Assembly (NCBI GenBank): GCA_965541585.1
Contig: CBEUCH010000025.1
Span: 1 to 32,582 of the forward strand
From: an uncultured bacterium
GTDB taxonomy: Bacteria; Zixibacteria; MSB-5A5; UBA10806
Reading direction: 5' to 3'
Length of the DNA stretch: 32,582 nucleotides
Within the stretch, counting starts at the first letter, position 1. Each line of letters begins with the position of its first letter. Positions 17,277-26,544 of the stretch are shown piece by piece. The notes beneath the pieces are model-generated. The model saw only the letters and a list, made by a program, of their open reading frames with translations. It was not told where the DNA came from and searched no databases. The position numbers were made by a program, and so were the translations under genes.

Positions 17277-19844
17277 ATGAATAATAATAACCTTGCGAAA
17301 GACAGGGCATCGGTAGAGAAAGCCGGAAGGGAACAGCCCTATTCATTATACTTCTTTGTCCTGAGTTTGGTGATATTCGTATTGTCCATATGGGTGATAT
17401 GGTTCGAGACCGTGCAACTGCGGCCATGGAAAGGTTACCAGAAACAATACTACCAGTTGAAGCGGGAACAGCTCGAGGGTGAGTACGATAAGATTCTGGA
17501 TGAGTATCGCTCGCCCGAGGTCCAGCGGAGACGAGCCGAACTGGAAATGCAACTCAAAGAGCTCAATGAAGACTTCCAAAGAGCGGAACTTCAGCGAGAA
17601 TATAAAAAGACTGAAGAGGATCTGGAGGATATTCGCAAGGAGCTTCTTGACAACCGGGCGGATTTCCGCGCGGCGAGAGGAAAATTTCTTGAGCTCGAGT
17701 ACCTCTATTACAAACACCAGCGGGAGGAAGACAAAGCAAGAATCGAGGAACTCAGAGACAACATTGCAGCAATCGAAAACGACAGGGAATCATTACAGGC
17801 TCGAGAGGATTCATTAGCTCTAATCTTGTCAGGATTTACCGAGGAATCGGAAAAAGTTGCGGACGAGTTGGAATTTCTGGAGTCTCCCGTAAAGGAATCG
17901 AAACAAGCCTTCAAAGGTCTGGATGATATTCCCATCGAAATTAAGCAGGTTTATATGCAGGATATTAATAAGGCGGACCGCTGCCAGTCCTGTCATATTG
18001 GTATCGACGTCCCCGACAGGGTCTCCAACCAGCATCCTTACACGCAGCACCCGGCTGGATATATATATCTTGAAAAACATTCCGTAAATGAGTTCGGATG
18101 CACTTTCTGTCACAGGGGGCAAGGGCGTGCTACATCCTCACCGGACAAAGGCCACGGATGGGTTGAACACTGGGAAGACCCTATGCTTGTCGGCGATTGG
18201 ACACAGGCGACCTGCGAGAATTGTCATGGCGATATTCGACGCCTCAAGGGGGGCGATCTTATTACCAGAGGATCGGAATTGGTGGAGAGATACGGTTGCT
18301 ATGGCTGTCATCAGATTGCCGGGTATGAGGACTTAAGGAAAGTCGGGCCCGATCTGACCGAAGTAGGCCTGAAAGTCAATTTCACATGGCTTGTCGACTG
18401 GATACAAGATCCCAAGCAATACTTTGAGACCGCTCGCATGCCGAAGTTTTTGTTCTCTCAGGGAGAAGCCGAAGGCATCGCTGATTACCTCTTCAGCATG
18501 ACCCAGGAGTTCAGAGCCGATGAATCAACCGGAGATATCGATTGGGATCTGGCCGATGCCGGAAAGGCATTGTGGCGGAAGTCCAGATGCTCTATCTGTC
18601 ATGCAACGGGAGGCGTCGGCGGCGCTCACCGTGATGTATACGCTCCCGACCTGGGGAAGGTCGGAAGTAAAGTAAACCGCGATTGGCTCTATCGATGGAT
18701 AAAGGATCCCAAAGAGCATTTTCCTACGACCAGGATGCCGCGATTCCGATTTCCCGACGAGCAAATAAAAGCTTTGGTGGAATTTGTCATAAGCGAATAT
18801 GTCAACTGGGACTTTGAGCCACAATATACCGATTCTGTCCTCATAGACGTTGAATCGATCAAGAGAGGAAAAGAACTGATTCAAAAATACGGGTGCTTTG
18901 GTTGTCATAACGTCAAGGGCATGGAGGAGATGAAGAAGATCGGGCCTTTCCTGCGGCAGGAAGAGGTATCCTATCTAAGAGTAGCTGAAGTGCAGGAGAA
19001 AATCGGATCCGAACTATCGTCAATAGGAAGCAAGCCTCTGGAGCAATTTGATTTCGGGAAAATGGCAACGGAGATTCCGCACGATCGGATAAGTTATCTG
19101 CAGCAGAAGTTAAAAGATCCGCGCAGTTTCAGAGATGATCTGAGGATGCCAAACTTCCAATTTTCTGAAGAGGAAACCGAAGCTCTGGCGGTTCTGCTCG
19201 TCGGCTTTACGGATGCGAATATACCGACGCGCTTTAAGGTACCGAAGGAACCCGCTGAATATCAGCCAGTGGGTGAGATTGCCAAGATTATGAACGATGT
19301 GAAATGCTTGAATTGTCATCGCATCAAGGGAAACGGCGCCGACTTTGCCCCCGATCTTTCCATCGAGGGAAGCAAAGTTCAAGAGAAGTGGCTCCGCGAT
19401 TTTTTGAAGAAGCCGGATATTATCCGTCCCATGCTCAAGCAGATGCCGCGATTCAATCTCGATTTCGACCAACGGATGATGCAGGGCAACCTGACATTCG
19501 TGGAAATCGAAACGCTGGTTCGATTTTTCAAGCAGGTGCTGGTTTCAGAGAATATATCTGAAACTCTTCCCGAGAGCGATCTCAGCTTAAAACAACAGCT
19601 TAATGCCGGGAAAATATTATACGAGGAGAAGGGTTGCGAGGCGTGCCATCAGATCGCCGGCGCTGGCGGGGCCGTAGGGCCCTCCCTTACAGACGTCGGC
19701 AATAGACTAACGGAAGGCTATATCTATCAACATCTGGAGAATCCCCGGGCGCTGACGCCGGATATTGTGGAGCCGGATTATGGTTTCACAGAGGAAGAGA
19801 GAATCAGTTTAACCCGATATATGATGTCGCTGAGACAGGAGTAG
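17277..19844 (+). CDS. Membrane-anchored octaheme cytochrome c with a long coiled-coil stalk
   Basis: N-terminal TM helix, ~170-aa coiled coil, then 8 CxxCH: CQSCH, CTFCH, CENCH, CYGCH, CSICH, CFGCH, CLNCH, CEACH, with repeated GP.L..VG.K..W..DP..MP class-I domains. Confidence 0.93.
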   Translation: MNNNNLAKDRASVEKAGREQPYSLYFFVLSLVIFVLSIWVIWFETVQLRPWKGYQKQYYQLKREQLEGEYDKILDEYRSPEVQRRRAELEMQLKELNEDFQRAELQREYKKTEEDLEDIRKELLDNRADFRAARGKFLELEYLYYKHQREEDKARIEELRDNIAAIENDRESLQAREDSLALILSGFTEESEKVADELEFLESPVKESKQAFKGLDDIPIEIKQVYMQDINKADRCQSCHIGIDVPDRVSNQHPYTQHPAGYIYLEKHSVNEFGCTFCHRGQGRATSSPDKGHGWVEHWEDPMLVGDWTQATCENCHGDIRRLKGGDLITRGSELVERYGCYGCHQIAGYEDLRKVGPDLTEVGLKVNFTWLVDWIQDPKQYFETARMPKFLFSQGEAEGIADYLFSMTQEFRADESTGDIDWDLADAGKALWRKSRCSICHATGGVGGAHRDVYAPDLGKVGSKVNRDWLYRWIKDPKEHFPTTRMPRFRFPDEQIKALVEFVISEYVNWDFEPQYTDSVLIDVESIKRGKELIQKYGCFGCHNVKGMEEMKKIGPFLRQEEVSYLRVAEVQEKIGSELSSIGSKPLEQFDFGKMATEIPHDRISYLQQKLKDPRSFRDDLRMPNFQFSEEETEALAVLLVGFTDANIPTRFKVPKEPAEYQPVGEIAKIMNDVKCLNCHRIKGNGADFAPDLSIEGSKVQEKWLRDFLKKPDIIRPMLKQMPRFNLDFDQRMMQGNLTFVEIETLVRFFKQVLVSENISETLPESDLSLKQQLNAGKILYEEKGCEACHQIAGAGGAVGPSLTDVGNRLTEGYIYQHLENPRALTPDIVEPDYGFTEEERISLTRYMMSLRQE

Positions 19845-19849
19845 ATGTA

Positions 19850-20251
19850 TTGAAAAGGCATTGCTTTTTTATATTAGCGCTCGTACTTGCTGCTCTCAAC
19901 TGCTCTGAAAGCCACCATCCGCCCTCGGGCGAAAGCTCAAGAACAGAGAGCTTTTCAGTCAGAGAGGGAGGACGCTTATATAGCCGTTATTGCTCTCCTT
20001 GTCATGGAGATTCCGGCGATGGCTTCGGAAAATACTTCGGCTATGGGCAGAAGACCCAGCCCCCCGATTTTACCGCGCCCGATTTCTTTGAGAGTAGAAA
20101 CGACTCGCTGCTAATTCTGGCAATCAGTGAAGGTTCCATAGCCCTCGGAAAATCCAACCTCTGCCCTCCCTGGGGGAAAACGATGCGAAGAGAGGAGATA
20201 ATGTTTATCATAAATTATATTAAGAAATTCAAACCATTGAATGACCCGTAG
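19850..20251 (+). CDS. Monoheme c-type cytochrome, probable lipoprotein
   Basis: Hydrophobic leader ending LAALNC; YCSPCHGDSGDG; PPDFT; CPPWG in place of the usual MPxW. Confidence 0.85.
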   Translation: MKRHCFFILALVLAALNCSESHHPPSGESSRTESFSVREGGRLYSRYCSPCHGDSGDGFGKYFGYGQKTQPPDFTAPDFFESRNDSLLILAISEGSIALGKSNLCPPWGKTMRREEIMFIINYIKKFKPLNDP

Positions 20252-20385
20252 ATTCTGAAAGGGAGTACTTTCCTGGTTTTCTTTTCTATCACAACCGCAA
20301 ATTATCTCAATCTCTTCAATAGCCTCTCAAGTACTTCCGCGCTATTCCGATAAAATTCTATAGCTTGCAACAGGAGGATGAGATC

Positions 20386-21129
20386 ATGAGTAAAATCTCT
20401 CGATGTTATTCAAAGAATAGAATAAGAGTTTGTGCATATTCACTTCTTACATTGGCTATTTCCGCTTCGGGATGCGACGACACGACTGTTGCCAGCAAAT
20501 ACCCTATCAGTGATGCCTGGCTAACCGTAAACGTGAAAACCGCTGACTTAGACACCCTCTCTAATTTTTCCTCCGGCCCGGATGTCCATCGTTCACAAAA
20601 ATCGGCGGCCTTAGTCGACAGCCTTACCATGACCTCCGCAAAAATTGTAATGGGTCGAATCAGGTTTAAGAGCGTAGACGGGGACAGCCTGGATTTCCGT
20701 TCAGATGATCCGGTAATAGTAGATATTGACCTGACTGGCGTTGCGCAAAGCCTGGGGACAGTACAGATTCCTTCGGGAACCTATGATGAAACCCGGTTTC
20801 GCATCGAAGATCTGGACAGCACGGCTGGAGACATATATTGGAACAACCCTCTAATGCAAGATCTGAGCATTAGAGTAGAAGGTTTCTTGAATGGAAATGA
20901 GGATAGCTCATTTGTGTGGACGGCGGATTTTGACGAGGAGCAAATACACGAATTCAATCCGATTGTAATCCAACCCGCTGACACAGTAGAAGTTTCTTTT
21001 ATCTTCGATACCAATCAGTGGTATTCCGATGGCATTGGGGGTTTTCTGGATCCAAGAGACGAAGGTTCACGGTCGATGATCGAGGATAATATCAAAACCA
21101 TATTTGATGTCCGTGAAGACAACCAATAG
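20386..21129 (+). CDS. Putative lipoprotein (DUF4382-like beta-rich domain)
   Basis: AGGAGG RBS before ATG 20386; lipobox-like ASGC; PSGTYDETRFRI motif; acidic. Confidence 0.6.
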   Translation: MSKISRCYSKNRIRVCAYSLLTLAISASGCDDTTVASKYPISDAWLTVNVKTADLDTLSNFSSGPDVHRSQKSAALVDSLTMTSAKIVMGRIRFKSVDGDSLDFRSDDPVIVDIDLTGVAQSLGTVQIPSGTYDETRFRIEDLDSTAGDIYWNNPLMQDLSIRVEGFLNGNEDSSFVWTADFDEEQIHEFNPIVIQPADTVEVSFIFDTNQWYSDGIGGFLDPRDEGSRSMIEDNIKTIFDVREDNQ

Positions 21130-21181
21130 TGTTTTGAATCTGTGCTGAAAATTCACGTCCTATTTGCCGACATCTACGATT

Positions 21182-23107
21182 CTACTGCGAACTTCTCGGT
21201 TTGATGATCTCGTCGAGCCACTGTCGCTGCTTACTGTCCGGGACGATACTCAGATACCGCAAGCCTCCCTGATACTGAAGGGTTGCCTGATCCAGCGACT
21301 CGCCGCGCTGCACAAGTAGTGTAATCTCACCGGTTTTCACTGCATCACGAATCGCTTTCTCCAGCCGATCCATGCTAAACGTCTTAGCGTTGACACCCAG
21401 AATATTCATTCCGGTGTAGAGGCCAGCTTTATCGGCCGGACTGCCCGGAACTACCTGCAGGATTCTATTATCTTCGTCCTCAACTGCGAAACCGATCGAT
21501 TCATAGAAATAGCGGCGTTCTCTGCGCGACTCGAGGTCACTCAAAGCCTTGGGTTTTTCGGTGGTGTAAGCGAACTTGTAGCCGGCTGCAGCCAGCGGAG
21601 ACTCATCGAGTTTCTCGCGTGTGCGTGAGATTCTCTCGATAAACAGGGAATCCCAGGCGAAGTCGGCCAGCTCTGTAAGCGCCGACACCATGTCACGTTT
21701 CTCAAATGAGATACTGTGTGCTTCTGGGTCGCCTGTGCCGAAGAATGATCTGCAGAAATCGTCGAGACTACGTTTACCGCTCGACAGCTCACGGATTCTG
21801 GAATCGACCTCGAGCCAGAGTAATGCCCCTTCGGAGTAGTAGTCTGCTCCGCGACGATGGAATGACCAGCTTTCCGAACCTCCCCAGATTGTGTGCGTCG
21901 TAACAGCTACATCCCTGAGAGGCCTCCATTGTCTGCCCGCGGTGTGCCGCAGATTTCCCCAATCAAGTGTCCATTGCTGTTTGAAGTAATCCGCCGACAT
22001 CAAACCCGACCGAGCGGCCAACATCATGCCGAGGTAGTCGGTCAGGCCCTCATAGACCCAGAGCAACTCCATGTTCATCGGGGTCTGGTAGTCAGGAGTA
22101 TTCATCCCCGCCGGACGCCGATACTTGCCGCACCAGGTGTGCACAAACTCATGCGGTAACAAACCCTGGAGAGAATATGAGGTCTTGCCGTATTCTTTCA
22201 GTGCCTTCACGTCGACACTGTTCGCGCTGGAGTTCCGATGTTCCAGGCCATAGTGTTCTACAGAGTCACTGACCAGCACCAGGAAGCCATAGGTATCAAA
22301 GTGGCTGCGCCCGAAGAGTGCCTCGGTTTCGTAGACAAGCCGACTCCAATCTGCAAATGCCGAATCAGCAAGAGGCAGGAGAACCTCTTCATCTACTGCG
22401 ACATGGACGAAATATTCAGCCGCGGCGGTGGATGCAATCTTATAAGTATTTAAGTACGCTCCACAGATGACCGGGAAATCGATGAGTTCCTCATAACTGA
22501 CCATCTCGAAAACCAGGGTATCGCCACGACGCTCTTTGAAAGGCATACCTGTCGCATAGCGCCAGCCATCCGGGATGATGAGCCGGGGTTCCACGGTCAA
22601 ATCCCTGCAGACAGAACCCTCGGGATAGACCGATACAGTATTCCAGTTGATGACCGCCAGGGTCGGTGTGCTTTCGCTGTCCGAACCCCAGGAGAGGTCG
22701 GTCGGCTGACTGCAAATATACGATAGATTGATCGTAACCGGGCTTTTGTTCCGTGAACCGAAGACATGAAACCGGAAGGGGTCGGTGTAATCCCGTTCCC
22801 ATAGCAATCGGGAACCGGAACCGTCGAACGCTCTGAAGCCGGCCAGATTCTCAATAGGGCCGCAGGGGCCGTGCATACCCGGAAGCCACTTGGGATACAG
22901 AAGCGTCAGGGTATCAGAGACGGCCTCCATAGTGATCGTACTATGGATCAGGTTGCGGCTAATCTCAGTGGCGTCCAGCGTGATCTGCAGCTGGTTTGCG
23001 GATGAATCTGCAAACGATGTCTCTGCGTGACAAATGCAGGCCAGCAAAGCTACGGGCAATATCGACCTGGCTAAAGAATGGCCCCAGTAAAGGCTCTGGC
23101 ATTTCAT
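21182..23107 (-). CDS. M61 family glycyl aminopeptidase-like metallopeptidase with C-terminal PDZ domain
   Basis: PKWLPGMH, GLEHRNSS, HEFVHTWCGKYRRP (HExxH), LLWVYEGLTDY, YYSEGAL; PDZ VVPGSPADKAGL. Confidence 0.93.
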   Translation of the reverse strand: MKCQSLYWGHSLARSILPVALLACICHAETSFADSSANQLQITLDATEISRNLIHSTITMEAVSDTLTLLYPKWLPGMHGPCGPIENLAGFRAFDGSGSRLLWERDYTDPFRFHVFGSRNKSPVTINLSYICSQPTDLSWGSDSESTPTLAVINWNTVSVYPEGSVCRDLTVEPRLIIPDGWRYATGMPFKERRGDTLVFEMVSYEELIDFPVICGAYLNTYKIASTAAAEYFVHVAVDEEVLLPLADSAFADWSRLVYETEALFGRSHFDTYGFLVLVSDSVEHYGLEHRNSSANSVDVKALKEYGKTSYSLQGLLPHEFVHTWCGKYRRPAGMNTPDYQTPMNMELLWVYEGLTDYLGMMLAARSGLMSADYFKQQWTLDWGNLRHTAGRQWRPLRDVAVTTHTIWGGSESWSFHRRGADYYSEGALLWLEVDSRIRELSSGKRSLDDFCRSFFGTGDPEAHSISFEKRDMVSALTELADFAWDSLFIERISRTREKLDESPLAAAGYKFAYTTEKPKALSDLESRRERRYFYESIGFAVEDEDNRILQVVPGSPADKAGLYTGMNILGVNAKTFSMDRLEKAIRDAVKTGEITLLVQRGESLDQATLQYQGGLRYLSIVPDSKQRQWLDEIIKPRSSQ

Positions 23108-23158
23108 ACATACTCCTTTCGGGAGATTGCTAAAGCAGGTAACTTTTCGTCTTGATAC

Positions 23159-23275
23159 TTACCCACCGGCGCCGATCTTCTCGATGATTTTATAGTGGGA
23201 GATCATTGTCCCTTTGGATATGGGAACGTAGGATCGAGTGTTGTCCATCCCATTTTCATGGGGCTCAGATATCAA
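23159..23275 (-). pseudogene. Truncated 5' remnant (38 codons) of a Ser/Thr kinase paralog
   Basis: Translates MISEPHENGMDNTRSYVPISKGTMISHYKIIEKIGAGG-TAA, 36/38 aa identical to the N-terminus of the kinase starting at 29107. Confidence 0.85.
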
Positions 23276-23331
23276 CACAAACTCTCCGTATTCGTTTTAT
23301 CAAATCAGAAATATATATAAATCTGCCTGTC

Positions 23332-23360
23332 ATAATAGGCTGTAATTAGCGTAAAGTCAA
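23332..23360 (-). promoter_or_regulatory. Sigma70 promoter of the kinase remnant, likely also driving the M61 gene
   Basis: TTGACT-N17-TATTAT; homologous to 29164..29192. Confidence 0.65.
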
Positions 23361-23492
23361 TATTTATCTGCGGTGCCGTTCCCCGCAGCAAATACTATCC
23401 AACTACAATGAAACTTGATATTAGCTATTGCGGGACTGAATCAAAATGTGGTATAATTAACAGGAAAGATCAATTGCAACCGGGAGGACACC

Positions 23493-23834
23493 ATGGCGCA
23501 CACATCCAGAGAAGAAAATGGGATTGTGATCTTCGAACTTGAGGGTAAAATCATGGGGACCCCGCAAGATAATTATTTGATACTCGATAAGATCTATGAA
23601 TTCATCCAGCAAAACAAGTTCAAGGTAGTTATGGATTTCTCAAATGTAGATTGGCTGAACTCCAGGGGCATAGGCATTTGTGTTACGACCATCACTGCGC
23701 TGCGGAATAGGGACGGTGATTTAAAATTAGCCTGCCTCAATGAAAAAGTGGAATCTCTTTTGAGAAAGATGAAGATGTTCAAGATATTCGATGCCCATAA
23801 GACAGTGGGTGAGGCAATAAAGAGCTTTCAATAG
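23493..23834 (+). CDS. STAS-domain anti-sigma factor antagonist
   Basis: VVMDFSNVDWLNSRGIG (phospho-acceptor Ser motif), GDLKLACLNEKV; GGAGG RBS; TG-n-TATAAT upstream at about 23450. Confidence 0.9.
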   Translation: MAHTSREENGIVIFELEGKIMGTPQDNYLILDKIYEFIQQNKFKVVMDFSNVDWLNSRGIGICVTTITALRNRDGDLKLACLNEKVESLLRKMKMFKIFDAHKTVGEAIKSFQ

Positions 23835-23907
23835 CTTGTACAGTATTAATGAGGTCTCTATTGTGCTTAATAGTGATCGATAATCGCGGGATCGGTGCCG
23901 TCCTCGC

Positions 23908-26544
23908 TCAGGAACCGTTCGGCAAGGCATACCTCTTTACTAACGCCTGGTAGCGCGGATCATCGCGGAAGGGATCGATCCAGTGTTTGAATTTCAACGT
24001 GTTCACAGTTATATAGGTCTCCAGGGAGAGTACAAGTTCAAGTTCGTCAATCGCTTCGTCGTATCTTCCGCAATTAGCATAAATCCTGGCCATGACCATG
24101 GCCGTGCCCTCGACAGAATGTCAGGGGGTACACTCGGAAATTTCCACCAGTTCTTTTTCTCTTAAACCGCATTCAATCGCATTCTCGCAATCTCCAACAA
24201 ACGAAAGCAGTAAGCCTCGCCATCCGAAAAAGTCAACTTCATCCGAATACAGCTCCGATTGTTTTTTTGCTAAATCGTCATAACCTTCGAGAATATCCAG
24301 GTGACTGAGATAAGTGGAGGGTAGGCCATGAAATAAATTAGATTTGGTCGTATCTGCGCTTTGCTTATGTAAGAAGTCAGCTATGATCGAATCAGTTTGT
24401 ATGTCATGCATATATTTCGATAGCGAGTAATTCCTGATAACGAATTTCGTCGTATCACAGTGCTTGAGCGCCTCGCTTATTACCGGCCTGACTTTCTCTA
24501 TATTTCCATATCTGGCGATCAGACAATCGATCTTATCTTCGTAATAATCTTGGGCTTCCGGGTTCAAGGCGATGGCGCGATTAATAGAATGTTCTGCCTC
24601 CTCAAACCTGCGAAGAGATTGCAGTAGGTAAGCGAGTCTGGCATGTCTTCTGGCGTTTAAAGGGTCGATTTGAGCTGCCTTTCTTCTGTTCAGAAGGGCT
24701 TCTTCGAGTTTCTCTTGATCTATCTGTACTTCTGATATCGCGTCGAGTAGTTCAGGGTCATTGGAAAGTCCGGCTTTTGCCGTTGAATAGTGTTCGAGGG
24801 CCATATCATCATCGGCTTCAACAAGATAGTAGTACTGTCCCAGCGCCAGATGTCCTTCCGGAAGTTCCGGTTCAAGCTCCAGAGCTCGCTTCGCCGCTTC
24901 CAGCGCGGTTTTGCCTCTTTCCGATTCAGGAGAAAGACCGGCCCCACTGGTGTAAGCCTCCGACCTAAGCGCATGAGCCAGCGCGAAAGAAGGGTCAAGA
25001 GCAACGGCGCTGTCCAGTGCGGCTTGAGCGCTCCGAGAATCCGAATAATCAATCCATCGCCTAATTTTTTGAAGCGCTTTAAGATAAAACTGGTATGCCT
25101 CAGGATTTTCGGTTGGTATTTTGGCCAGGTTTTGCCGGTCCGATTCAAGCAGGGTCAAACCGAGTTGTTCAACGATCTTTCCGGCGATATCGGCCTGAAC
25201 GGCGAATACCTCCATCAAAGCCCGTTCGTAGTTATCGGCCCATAAATGACGATCATCAGCGACTCGAATCAACTGGGGTGTGATGCGTACCTTTGATTGA
25301 TCGCCGGTTTTACTCCAGCGGACAGTGCCTTCAAGGATGTACGCTACTCCAAGTTCCGCGCCGATTTCCTTAAGATTTTTATCGGTTGTTTCGTATTTCA
25401 TGGAACTGGTTCGTGATATTACGCCCAATCCTTTAATCCCGGCCAGGCGTGATGTTATCTCGTCGGTCATACCATCGGCAAAGTAGTCATCCTCCGGTGA
25501 GCCGAGATTATCAAACGGCAGTACGGCAATCATGGGGACAGTATCCCCTGACTGCGATCTGTCACTCAAAGGTCTGTATACCGTGTATAAGATAGCCGCA
25601 ACCACGACCACCGCAACAGCGGCTATCCCAACGATGAGCTTTGTCTTCTTCGGTTTAGTAGTCGCTATCCTCGAGTAGCCAGATTGCGATGAGTCATACA
25701 TCAGACGTTTCAGGTCGGCTATTACCCCTTCGGCTGATTGAAATCTTAGTTCTTTATCCTTCTCTAATAACTCAAAAACTATCTCCTGCAGCTTCTCCGG
25801 AACGTCCGATCTATACCGGGCCAGCGGCTCGGGAGTGTCCTCCATGATGGCCTTGAGGGTGGCTCCCTCGTTATCCCGTTTAAACGGTGTCCGCCCGGTT
25901 ATCAGCTCATAGAGAACAACACCGAGTGAGAACAGATCGGAGCGATGATCGATGTCTCTACCCGAAACCTGTTCCGGCGACATATAGGAGATTGTGCCGA
26001 GCGTCGATCCCGTCCTTGTAAGCTTATCATCTCCCTTAGCCACGGCCAGCCCGAAATCGAGCAGACGTACACGCTCCTGTTTATCGACTACGATATTGGC
26101 CGCCTTTATATCACGATGGACAATGCCCGCTCGATGCGCTTCTCCCAGGCCCTGGCAGATTTGAATAGCGTATTCAACTATCAGGTCGAACGGGAGCGGT
26201 TTATCATGGCGAATATCATGTAGAGACTTACCCTCCACAAGTTCCATAACATAGTAGGGTCGCCCATTGAATTCACTGACATCGTGGATGCTAATAATAT
26301 TGGGGTGATTGAGCCTAGCTATGGTTCGGGCTTCGCGCAGGAAGCGGGTTTGAATCTCCTGATCGGGCGTCAGGTGCGAGGGAAGAAATTTTATAGCTAC
26401 CTTGCGCTTGAGCTTGGTGTCCTCCGCCAGATACACTTCCCCCATCCCCCCAGCACCGATCTTCTCGATGATCTTATAATGAGAAATCATCGTCCCTTTG
26501 GATATAGGTACGAATGAGCGGGTGTTGTTGTCGTTATGCTTCAT
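23908..26544 (-). CDS. Ser/Thr protein kinase + TolB-N-like + TPR protein with an in-frame UGA (24121-24123), probably selenocysteine in a CxxU motif
   Basis: Kinase motifs GAGGMGEVY, VAIK, HRDIKAAN, DFGLA, YMSPEQ; IAVLPFDNL; TPRs. ORFs 24121..26553 and 23908..24099 share a frame, separated only by TGA; readthrough gives ..ISECTP(U)HSVEGTAMVMARIYA..DPFRDDPRYQALV. Confidence refers to the readthrough model; the kinase call itself is very secure. Confidence 0.75.
24083..24120 (-). promoter_or_regulatory. Putative bacterial SECIS element
   Basis: Right after the UGA: CAUUCUGUCGAGGGCAC-GGCCAU-GGUC-AUGGCC-AGGAU. 6-bp stem with a GGUC loop starting 23 nt after the UGA. Confidence 0.65.

Noticed and set aside
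23159..23275. Diversity-generating retroelement template repeat for the kinases
   Set aside because: Differences are mostly synonymous third-position changes rather than adenine-specific, the copy is N-terminal, and there is no reverse transcriptase in the window.
23908..24099. Separate 63-aa ORF, or frameshifted kinase pseudogene
   Set aside because: It is in the same frame as the kinase with no frameshift; better explained as the C-terminus beyond an in-frame UGA. A simple nonsense mutation remains possible.
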